Below, piece by piece: positions 53,012 through 64,000 of a stretch of 64,000 bases of DNA. Position numbers and translations under genes: made by a program. Source of the DNA: Adineta vaga (Eukaryota > Animalia > Rotifera); contig CP075495.1 in assembly GCA_021613535.1 (NCBI GenBank), forward strand, positions 14,198,001 to 14,262,000, read 5' to 3'. Under the pieces are notes generated by a model. It was not told the DNA's origin. It searched no databases and saw only the letters and a program-made list of their open reading frames with translations. Each line of letters starts with the position of its first letter. Within the stretch, counting starts at the first letter, position 1.

Positions 53012-54692
53012 ATGGAACAAGATTCAAATAAAATATCTTCTATCAAAGCTATGCACGATCTAGCTCGACGAAATAAAGTAAGTAAATTTTATAGCATACA
53101 AAAAATAATCATTCTGATTTTAAGATACTTCCTGAATATAAACTGGAAAAAGAATCCGGTCCAGCTCATGCAAAAATGTATACTGTTCGACTTCGTCTAG
53201 GTGATAAAGAATATACTGGAATGGATCGAAGTATTAAATTAGCACAACGTGCAGCTGCATTTTCAGCTCTCAATGATCATACTCATTTATTATCAACTAA
53301 TAATCTTACACAAGAAAAACAAGGTATGTTCATATTTATTCTTCTAAACTACGGAAATAAATTTCATCTGTTGTTTTAATTAAAGTATCTCGATCGCCAA
53401 CCATTGCATTGAATAAATGGGCAGCTCGTCATCATATACCGACTCAATATGTTTTGTTAAATGAACAGCATCTTCCAGTATCAAAGACGTCATCATGGAA
53501 TCATCCTCAAACTATATTTCATTATCGTCTTTATTTTGGACAAGATTTATATTTTGATGGTCAAGGTCCATCACATCAACAAGCTCGAACAAGTTGTGCT
53601 TCTCAAGCATTACATTTTATACAAAACAATCCTACACCACTTGTTATATCAATACCAACTCAAGTAAAACTTGAAGTTTTTTTTTCCCATCATTGATTCT
53701 GGTAATATTCTCTAATCATTTAGATTCAACAAAAATCACAAATATCTCTTATGTATGAACGTGCTAAACAATTAGGTCTTTCTGTTCAGCTTGAACAACA
53801 TGAACCATTATCTGTAACATATCGTGTTGGTGATCAATATTCGACAACTGGTACAGGTCAAACAAAACAAGCAGCAAAAGAATCAGCTGCCGAAAAAATG
53901 CTAGAAATTCTGCCATTACCTATGGACAAAATGAAAACAAAATCTACTCGTAAACATAATAAACAACATAAGAAATTTATTGAACAAAAAGGTTCAACGA
54001 ATTATAGTTTAACTGAAGAAATCAATCCAATAACACGTCTCTATCAAATTGGTCGAGCACGTGATATACAAATAGAATTTATTCAATTAGAAAATCTCTC
54101 AATTGAACATCCATTTTATTTTCAAGTCAAATTTGGTGAAAACGACTATGCTGATGGTTGTGGTAAAACAAAACAAATAGCGAAAAAATGTGCAGCAGAA
54201 AATTTACTTGCAAAATTAAATCCAGATTTATTAGGATCCGTTCTTATTACTCTACCGCCACCACCAATCAAAGGTTTACTCAAACGTGATGAAAATTGTA
54301 ACAAACAACAGGAAAAAAAACATGTACATTTTCTTGAAGAACAAATTATAGAACATGAAAAAACGATTACAAATCATCAATCCATGTTTACAGTAAAACA
54401 ACAATTAATAACTGCATGTCAAAAATTAAACATACAAATACAATATGAAGATCAATTAACTACAAATGAAAATAATCAATATGAATCAATATTAAGTTTA
54501 TCAAAAGATGATCGTCTTCTTGCACAATTTCGTGGTTATGGTCTCTCATTAATACGTGCACATGAAAATGTTTCTATGAGTGCATGGAAAAATTTACGAC
54601 AATTATTTAATGGTTCAATTCCTTTACCAAGATCAAATTTTAATCGATACATTCGTTGTATGCATCCGCCAGTTTCTGTACAACAGCAATAA
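53012..54692 (+). CDS. stau: Staufen-like dsRNA-binding protein (divergent), 4 exons
   Basis: dsRBD1 DLARRNK|ILPEYKLEKESGPAHAKMYTVRL...SIKLAQRAAA; split dsRBD2 PTIALN; dsRBD3 KSQISLMYE; dsRBD4 EEINPITRLYQI; the domain order and linkers are Staufen-like. Confidence 0.82.
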
Positions 54693-54969
54693 TTTTCTTT
54701 GTGATACACATTTCTTTCTCATTTACAAAATAATGTATCGAGTTAACTGAACCATCAGATACGATATATATATATTTAATCTATATTTTGTTTTCGTTTT
54801 TTACCTTCACCTTTTCTCGCTATATATTTTTTTTCTCTTCTTTTTGTATATATATATATATACACACATCGATGTCGATCGAATTCGTAAAAAGAAATAA
54901 ATAAAATTATTAACAAGCGTGAAAATATCGAAGTAAAATTCATTTCGTTAATCTATTTAGATCTGATTC

Positions 54970-56022
54970 ATGAATGAACAGATTGAATTTTATCGAAAAG
55001 AGAAGACGAGATTTGATGAATTATTAAATCAACTGAATTGGACAGAAGATCATTTATTACAAGAAGTAGGGTATCTTTTCAAATGAATATATTATATTGA
55101 AGGAATAGAAATAATTCTAGCAAGAAACATTGATTCAATGCCCAGTGAATCGTGAACATCGATGTCCAATTCAATCGAAACATATACAAATGTGTCAATT
55201 AGTTAACGAAGGTTTTTCGAAAGAATATCTAGTAATTAAACTAATTTATTTGATCAGAAGGTCATTTTTCAATTTTCTAGAAAGAATTAATGGAATATAA
55301 ACAAGAAAAACAATTACTTGATGCATTTGATATTTCATTAACACCATCGATACTCAGTAATATTCTTCATCGATCATTACCAATCAAAACTGGTAAAAAT
55401 ATATTTGACAAATAATTCTAATGTTTATTTTTGATTATTCAAAAGATATTCCCTTGAATGTCGAACAAACAACAGTTTTATTAACACCAAATGAACGTCT
55501 TACAGTTGCTCAATTTGTACAAAGTGAAGCTTCACGTTTGAAAATCGTACCAAAAGTACCATTGCCTATCATTGAAAATCTTTCTAGTCAATCATCAGGT
55601 GAATTGGTTTGATAGAGAAATGAAAATCGAAAATCTATTTTCTTCCTTAGAATCAAATCTAACTCAATCATTAAATAAATTAACAGAATTACGTGATCAA
55701 AAACGACGTCGAACAAAATATGTTACTCGAACACGGCGAAAATCTTTCTATGATGTAGATAATCATTTGATATTGTATTAGATTCTAATAGGAAATTTCA
55801 ATTTAAATAGGATGCTCGTGAAATGATTGCTACTCAAATGGAATTACTTGATCAAAATCAGTAAATCAATATATTTTTAATTTTGAAATCAAAAGGAAGT
55901 TTTTTTTCTTTCTCTTTAGAATTCAGAATAAAACCGAATTGAAACGATCGTCGAAACATAAACATCGATCCTCATCGAAAAAGAAACATCATCGACATTC
56001 AAAAAAACAACGTACAAGTTAA
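54970..56022 (+). CDS. SNRNP48: U11/U12 snRNP 48-kDa protein (minor spliceosome), about 7 exons
   Basis: CHHC zinc finger CPVNREHRCPIQSKHIQMC..GFSKE and motif LTELRDQKRRRTKY...KSFYDDAREMIATQMELL match SNRNP48; basic H/K/R tail; stop 56020-56022. Confidence 0.82.
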
Positions 56023-56390
56023 AAGAACATATTCTTTTCAACCAAAGTCGACGACGTATGATGAATGACATGCACGCATGTTTGGAAGGAAAAAAAACTT
56101 TTCGTAGATTAATCGATATGTCATTCGCTTTAGTAAACATGTTCATTTCAATGGTATTTATTTCATAAACATTTATGACAAGTTTGTTCAATAAAGAAAA
56201 TTGATTAGTTCATAAGAATAATAGTATTTCTTGTTGCTATGAAATTTTTTCCTTTTTTACACGTGTATGTTTCTTTCTCTCCTGTTGACGTGGCAAATTG
56301 CGTAAAGCAAGCCACGTATACATCTTTATCGAACAATAAAAACTTGTAGAATTGAAATATATTCATATTAAAATTTAATCGATTAGAATT

Positions 56391-56981
56391 ATGTGGTCAT
56401 TTTTAACATATATACGTGATTTGATCACTGAATATACTTGGTTTTGGTGGCCATCGAATGGTTCAAATGAAAAAGCAGTTCTTCTTGTTGGTCTTGATGA
56501 TGCTGGTAAGACAACATTAACGGGTCGTTTAACTCAAAATCGTCTCATACAAGCCGCACCAACCAGTAAACCATCTACACATGAAGTCAAAATTGGTTCG
56601 ACAACTTTGGCTGTAACTGATATCGGTGGTCATCAACAAGCAAGACGTATATGGAAAGATTATATGTATGCATCAACTCGTCTAGTTTTTCTACTTGATG
56701 CAAGTAATCGTGCTCGTTTACCTGAAGCACGTCATGAATTATTAAAGATTTTAGAAGATGATGATGCTCAATCAATTCCAATATTAATTCTTGGAAATAA
56801 AATTGATAATGTTAGAACTGCTTGTGGTGAAAGTGAACTAAGACATTTTCTTCAAATTGAAAAATATCTTAATGAAGAAAATCCACGTGTCAAATTATGT
56901 ATGTGTAGTGTTGGTCAAAATGAAGGTTTTGGCGATGGTCTACGTTGGCTGATCAATCAATCTGTCAGAGTGACCCAGTGA
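56391..56981 (+). CDS. SAR1-like small GTPase, intronless CDS
   Basis: GLDDAGKTT, DIGGHQQARRIWKDY (Sar1-type switch-II His), ILILGNKID, MCSV...GFGDGLRWL. Confidence 0.88.
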   Translation: MWSFLTYIRDLITEYTWFWWPSNGSNEKAVLLVGLDDAGKTTLTGRLTQNRLIQAAPTSKPSTHEVKIGSTTLAVTDIGGHQQARRIWKDYMYASTRLVFLLDASNRARLPEARHELLKILEDDDAQSIPILILGNKIDNVRTACGESELRHFLQIEKYLNEENPRVKLCMCSVGQNEGFGDGLRWLINQSVRVTQ

Positions 56982-57722
56982 TCGAAACTAATTATGCATA
57001 TTCATAATATTTTTTGACCTATTTCTCTACATGCTAATGATTTGTATAATTTTTTTTATAATAAAATATAATAAATACGCATAGTATAATATTATTTCCT
57101 TTTATTTCATGATATGCGTTGTTCTATTTTTTAGGGAATCTAACATATCAGATTTTCAACAATCTCATGTTTCATATATTAATAATATTACAGATAATGA
57201 TAGATGAATTGTGTATCATTTCATTTTAATAAATTATTGTTACATATCGTTCTACATCTTTATCTATATCAAATTTTCTTTCATTTCCTACTCTGATTTC
57301 ATCTGTTATGTATTAACGAAAGGAAGTAGTTTAATATTAATTGTTCATATTATAAAGTCAATAAAAACCATCTGTATCCAGTTCAAACTTTGTTTTATTT
57401 CTTTTTTTCATCTCTTTTCTTCTTTCTGTCAATTTGTCGTCCAGATTTTTTTTCTTTTTTGTTTCAATCACATCGCAAGTTTCAACAAAAGAAAAAAGAA
57501 GAGATAAAAAAAACACAGAAGGAAATATTTACATGTTAAATAAAATTATATAGACAGATGTGCTGCGCGCATCGCATCGTACAAGAAAAAATCGTGCAAA
57601 GAAAAGCACACACAAACACACACACTAAGCCAAAGAAATGACCTGAGAAGTGAACACACACACACACGCTCAATAAATGAACAAACCGGGTCGAACAAGA
57701 GAGTGACAAATACTATTGTTGC

Positions 57723-57748
57723 ATATATATATATATATATATATATAT
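57723..57748. repeat. (AT)n microsatellite just past the DEPTOR stop
   Basis: About 13 AT units seen directly. Confidence 0.85.
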
Positions 57749-57754
57749 GTGTAA

Positions 57755-60741
57755 TTATTTTAATGTATTAGTTGATGATGAAGAATTCGAAGATGAACGA
57801 GGATTCAATCGAAATATATTGAAATGTTTTGTTAATGCTCCTCTTTTCGTCGTCGTCGTCGCAAATTGTTTCGGTGATATAGAACATGAAGAAGTTCCAT
57901 CCATTGACGATGATGGAGAAGAATTGTGTTGATGTTGTGGAGATGATGAATATGGAATTGGATGTTGATTTAATGAATAATTATTTATTGTTGTCAATAA
58001 TATATTTGTACTATTATTATTATAATCATTTAATGACGATGATAATGATGAAGGTTGTTTTAATGGATAGATTCGATTTAGATTTAATTCATTAGGCGGA
58101 GTTGATATTTGAGGATAGTCATCACGATTATATACAGTATATATAGTACATTTATCAAACATTGATAATAAACGTTCAACTTCTTTTCCTGAACGACGTA
58201 GTACATTAACACCTTCGATTGCATATATATATTCATTGATCTATTTAGAAAGAAAGAAAAAAATGATTATTTATTGATAAAGTTTAAATTGAAAGACAAT
58301 CTTCTTACTCGAATTCCTGATGTATATGCTGAACCATATGGATCAAGTCTTTCAACATAACATGGTCCTTGACCTTGAAGTATTAATCCATATCCACGTC
58401 GATCACGTTTAAGCTATAAAATACTCAGAAATAAATAAAAAAGTTTCTCTTTAACATAATATCAACTTACTGAATAACTTTTCCAATGCCATGGTAATTC
58501 TAATCTTTCAAGTTCTTCAGCTGTTGGACGATTTTCTAGAAATCACCAATCGATAATTTATTATTAAAACAAAAGAAAATCTTTGTTTTCTTACCGGAAT
58601 TAGCTGGTGAATTTAAACTTGCCGATTTCTTCCGACGAAATCCTTCATTAGTTGTCACTGTACATGTTAATTTCGTCGTACAATCTGTTTCATCTCCATT
58701 AGAAATTTTTCGACTCGATTGTTGTTGTTCATCATCAATTAACGAACTATTACTGCTCGTCGCTCCGGAGATTTGATGTCGTCGTCCATTTTGTTGTTGC
58801 ATTAATGATGATGAAACAAATGTTTGTGTTGAAGGTGATGTACGAGAACAATACTGATGGCAACAGTTGTGTGTCGATAATGATGGCGACAGTTTGCTTG
58901 CTGAATCGTTACAATGATAATTACTTTGGGTTCGATTTAGAGATAGATTTGTTGGAATATTACATATTGATGATGAACGATCAGCTTGAAAAAAATAAAA
59001 AGAATATCAATGAATGAATTTGTTATTATTTGAAATCGTTGATACTTACGACATGATGCACTAACGAATGTACTGGATTGATTTCGAGTTAACGGTGGTG
59101 ATTGATGAATAGGTGATGATAATAGAATATCATTTTGCATTAATGCAATAAGATCAAGACGTTTATTTGTTATTAAACGATGAGAATTACTGAGAATGTA
59201 TTGATGATTATTATCATTATGAAATTTCTTTGTACAACAATAACACTCAGTTTGTTGATCACATTCATCTAAAATTTTCAATGAAAAACAAAAATGAAAT
59301 ATAATAATTATATTGAATTCTTACCAAATCGAATCAGACCATACATAATCATATTATCAGCAAGACGTTCAACATTTTGCATATTTGCACCACTTCGTAA
59401 TGCAAGCATTCGTGCTAAATTATCACCTTTAAGAATAATGCCGGGTTGTTCATCATAGGGATTTGTTAATGGAATCTGTTGTTGTAAATCAACGCCACGA
59501 CATTGACTTTTATCGAGCGTAAATAAACTATAAACATAATAAAACAAGTAATGATTAAAACAGAACGAATCAAGCAAATTCGTACCTTGTATACGTTTCA
59601 TAAATAGAAGCAAACTGTTGAAATGAACGATTTTGATCTGCTGTACCGTCATCAAGACGAAATCGATAGAGATATTTAACATTATGATGTGACGAAAGAT
59701 TCGATGGTGGATATTCAAATTCATTTAAATCACAAACTAAATATATGGAAAATAATTTGATGAATATTAATTTTCATTGTTTTCTTTGACTTTTATTGAC
59801 CTATCTCTTTTAGATCTTTTTGATCGACATTACTGACAAAATATGTCCTTATTTATCTATTATAATTTAGTTCACGCTGACCCGACTGCCATATTCTATG
59901 TTCTTTTCCTTTTCTTTCTACTCTAAGTATCTTCTAAGATGGTCGATCGCACACAGTCAGTAGAAAGAAGAAAAAAGCAATTACGCGCTTGTGCTTCCGT
60001 TTACACATACAAAATTAATAATGAATGGAAGCAAAAGAATAGAGAAAAATTTTCTTTTTTCTTCTTCCTCTTATTCTTAGTCGACATCTCGTTTTTTTTT
60101 CCTTCTGGCTTATTGCCAATAATGTCTTACCATGATGAATAATTTTGAGTTTTTCTAGAACTTGAAAGATCTCTACACCATCACAAATTGTTTTACATAA
60201 TTGTTGCTTAATAAGCCAATCGATAGTTTCATACGAATGAAAACAATTATGAAATAATGAACGTGGACTATTTTCATCATTTAAATATGCTGAATATGAA
60301 CGATGGATTAGGTTTTCTTCTCGCATTCGTTGTCTAAAAATAAAAAGAACAAAATGAGGTTAATTGTTTGACATCTGTTTTAATAATGTCAATAGTGAAG
60401 CACAAAAGAAAGAGATAGATATTCGAATTATTCCCACGAGAAACAAAAACGTGCCTTGTTAATCGATTAAGAAGAAAACAAAAATCTACTATTAAAGTAA
60501 TCAATCATCAATAAAACACGATGATCGATGAAGGAAAAGACCCTTACCTTAGATGTAATGCTGCCGTATAAATATCAACAAATTGTTTTGTATTTGAAGA
60601 ATTCATATCCAGAGGAAGATGCCGATCATCATTGAAATAATGATGATGATTAGTACTATTGATTGTCATTGTACTATCATTAGGAGACATTTTAATTGTT
60701 TCGTTATATTCACTACTTTGTATTGTAGCGATCTGACACAT
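57755..60741 (-). CDS. DEPTOR: DEPTOR-like (DEP-DEP-linker-PDZ) mTOR-interacting protein, multi-exon
   Basis: LHLR|QRMREENLI...NCF...IDWLI...IIHH|VCD...YRFRLDDGT (DEP1), second DEP-like region, Ser-rich linker, PDZ GYGLILQGQGPCYVERLDPYGSA...GVNVL. Confidence 0.82.
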
Positions 60742-62064
60742 AGGATTATTTGTTGTCGTTGTCGTCGTTATTATTGTCGCTGTCGAGGATTTCGAATGAT
60801 TAGTTAATGCTAAAATAAAAACAATGTTGTTTTTTTTAAATCTTCAAACTTTTGCTCGTTTTTTTTCTTCTTTCAGTTTAATACAAACAATGAATACGCA
60901 CACACACGTTAACGTATACTCACGAGCGCACTATTACTTCTATTCATTCAATATGTGTATGTGTATGTGTCTCGCATTTTGCGACTTCACTCAGTATGTG
61001 TGCGACTGCGCTTGCCCGTTCGGCAAAAAAAGAAAATAGAAGAAGCATCCTTTTTCTTTCTCTCGCTTTTTTTCTTCTCTTCCCCTTCATCGTCATAAAT
61101 CGATGTAGGAAGAGAAGGAAAAAGAAAACAGAACGAATCTATCACCCTTCGTCTTCTCTTAACTACTCCCCCTTTCTTGCCGTTCTCTTTTCTTCAGCAC
61201 CCACGCATACAAACACAAGTTGCATACCATTCGGATGATTCTTCATCTTTACGCAATAACAATAACTTGACACATAAAGATAAAAAAAGGTTTTTTTTTC
61301 TATTTCTTTTATAATACGATAGGCGTACAGGGTCAAATCAAATGAAAATGATATGATGATGATGATGATAATAGATAACTGACAGTTTATTTCATCGGCC
61401 ACATCGATTATCCTTTTCTTTTTGTTCTTTCTGAACAGTTAGATATATCGATGATTCAAGGCATCTATTCACAATAGAATAGACACTTCTTTATATCTGT
61501 CTAGTCGTCTCGACAGTCAGTTAAGTTCTTTATTTAAATCTAAATTTATCTTTTTCTCTGAATTTAACCGTTCTCAGTTACCCTCGAATGATGAACGAAT
61601 CTACATACATACATATATATATGTATATATAAGAACTGAAGTATCAACAAATATAATAAAAGAAAATTCAAAGGTTAAAGAATGTATAAAAAAAAGAGCA
61701 ATAGAAAGTTCTTATTTTTCGTATTACCAATCAGATTTCTTGCTCCTGACTCATGATATATTCACTATTTGATTTCATCAAAAAGAAAAGGTTATTTGAT
61801 TCTGAAAGTTGATATATACGATAGATACAGAAGAGAAAAAAAGCTATTCAAACTTTGCCTTTTTTTACCTTTACTTTTTGTATAAAAATTTCGTTTGAAT
61901 TATTGAGGTTGTTATCTGACCGTTTTGAACGTGTCTAGAGCAAGATGAAGAAGAAGAAGAAAACGAAGATGAATCGATTCTTTTCTTTTCAATGTCTCTC
62001 ACGTTCTAAAATAAAATGAAATAGATGCTCATATTCGCTCGTCCTCACCACACCGTGTCTGTAC

Positions 62065-62113
62065 ATATATGTGTGAGCGCGCGCGCGCTCGCGCATCGAG
62101 AGAGAGAGAGAGA
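62065..62113. repeat. Alternating purine-pyrimidine (CG)n tract followed by (GA)n, upstream of DEPTOR
   Basis: gcgcgcgcgcgctcgcgcatcgagagagagagagaga within very AT-rich surroundings. Confidence 0.7.
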
Positions 62114-64000
62114 AAAAAAGAAGCGAGATCGTGAGAAAATGCTTGCTCGCACGCTTGGCGCATCAACAGCGAACAAGAAGAATAAGTCAAGGTAGATCAA
62201 TATCTCTTCTGGCACAGATCCAGATACATGACCAATTCATTCCAGATTGCTTGTCCTATATAAGTTATATAGAATGGTGTCAATATTGATACTACGCATT
62301 CATGGACAGATTTTTCATCGATGTATTTATTATCTTCTTTCATAGAAGAATAATCATACTGGTTCTCAAGTATCATTATGAGTATTATGAAGAGGAAGAG
62401 GAGGAAGAAGAAAATATTACGTTTGGACATATTCACGTGATTTGATTTCATTCCTATCCAAAAACTAGAATTGACTGTTCTGTCCATGAAAAAGTATAGT
62501 TATTATATTAAGACACAACTCAAACAATCTAGTCTTATAATGCTTACTATGAAAATTATTCTTGTCGATTACTATCTTGTTACTATTAATCATCATTGTA
62601 AGAGTAACAATTTGTTTGGCTATATGTATAGAATGAATGAATGAATAAATAAATAATAAGAAAGATGGCTGGAAATGAGCCAAAGAACACAGAAATAGAA
62701 ATAAATGAACTTTGTCTACTTCTTCTTCTTCTTCTTCTTTCTCTTCTTCTTCGTCTATATCTCAATATGTATTGACTTGGCAATATGCCAAGTAGACACA
62801 TAGATCAATAATGAAATAGCTAACGAGAAAGCAACACGATATGAATGAATGAATGAAATTATAGTACGATAGAAAGGATGTAGGCTGATGATGAATAATG
62901 TATGAATGTATTCTTTAACGACGACAATGATGATGATGATAATAATAGTTGTACGAACTCGAAGAAAGAAAAATAAGTAAATATAATTATAAAAGTATTG
63001 ACAAGTAAAATGGTTCTATGAAGAGTATTGATATTTATTAATGAGAATAGATATAGTATACGTATTAGTAAGAGTATCTTTTAAGAAGATTTTAACACTC
63101 GAAAGAAAAGAAAAAGGAACACGTGAAATCAGTGTCAATATTAATTTTCGATGAAACTGTTGTTCATGAGTTATTCCTAAATCAACGAGAACTTCTTTCA
63201 TCACTTACTTTAAGCCATTTCATTCACTCAATCTTGAGATGCCTTGAAGCATTCTTTTTACTTTATACGTACTGTTCACTGCATATATAACATCGATGTT
63301 CTATAAGCGGCACTTTGCCTTTTTTCATTATTTCAACGGTGAGCATATGAAAATAGAATATGTCTTCTAGCGTTTAATGCTTGTGTCTCTTTCTGTATAA
63401 ACCTGTGTATATGTGTGACGATTAATCTTATCATCATATAGTGCATATCAATATGATTTACTATTCTATAAATGTCTGTAATGATCAATTAATATTCATT
63501 AAGTATAATATTGACATAATCGAAAGTAACGACTATGTTTAGTTTACAAAAGTTTTTTTCAATTAAAAGTCACAACATTTCTGTAGACACACAGACACAC
63601 ATATAAGGATGCAGAACTGATTTAAAAAACAACATCTTGACCTTTTTTTCTGGGAAGATTCGTATAAGTAGTTGAATGATGATGATACTTAAGAACATAA
63701 ACAAATCGAAAGATTTCTATTCACCGTTGTCTGAAGTAGACGAAAAAAGAACCTTCATTCGAAAAAATGCAAACAATATTCTACTCGCTGCACTTTTATT
63801 CAAGTGTTAACATTTCTACAAATACGTTGAATAGATGTGAAAAAGTTGTTTCTATGATTTCATAAGCTGTGTACTTGAATGAGACGAAGAAAGAATAGTA
63901 GTGAAGTTGGTGATAGTAGTAATAATGAATTGAAACGAACGAAAAGACATGAAGCTATAGGATACCATCATTCGAACGAAACTATCGAGCTTCAATTTGA

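Noticed and set aside
1-64000. CRISPR arrays, rRNA genes, operons, intact transposases
   Set aside because: None seen; the sequence is intron-rich eukaryotic DNA, and antisense or alternate-frame ORFs overlapping real exons are shadows.

Overview
AT-rich eukaryotic (animal) genomic DNA, gene-dense, with many very short (~46-65 nt) GT-AG introns. These traits, a lineage-type PAN/LamG secreted gene and a bacterial-type gene carrying an intron suggest a bdelloid rotifer (inference only). Genes in order, assembled by hand across introns: SPRTN (5' part, -), PAN/LamG secreted protein (-), pseudogene of a Cys-rich surface protein (-), multi-C2H2 zinc-finger gene (-), NXF1 (-), RNF4-like SIM-RING ligase (+), muscle myosin II heavy chain (+), tRNA-Thr(UGU) (-), virilizer/VIRMA (+, frameshift in a conserved motif), secreted DUF6973-like protein (+, HGT candidate), ZSWIM2 (-), an orphan ORF (+), CCDC50-like (-), CTDNEP1 (-), atypical Cdc42/Rac-type GTPase (+), myristoylated RanBP2-ZnF protein (+), divergent Staufen (+), SNRNP48 (+), intronless SAR1-like (+), DEPTOR (-). 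The strongest signal is in NXF1. An 884-nt intron lies at the position of the conserved retained cassette intron (128-nt exon / intron / 37-nt exon). It folds, on the transcribed strand specifically, into a nested long-range rod with a CTE-like AAGACA motif, an early stop and miR-1 seed matches: a candidate autoregulatory RNA-export element. Other leads are a U11-type site beside the SNRNP48 intron-1 donor, a possible poison exon with a competing hairpin and a 7-nt micro-exon in myosin, and the DUF6973-like gene. Family assignments come from recalled motifs; no searches were run.
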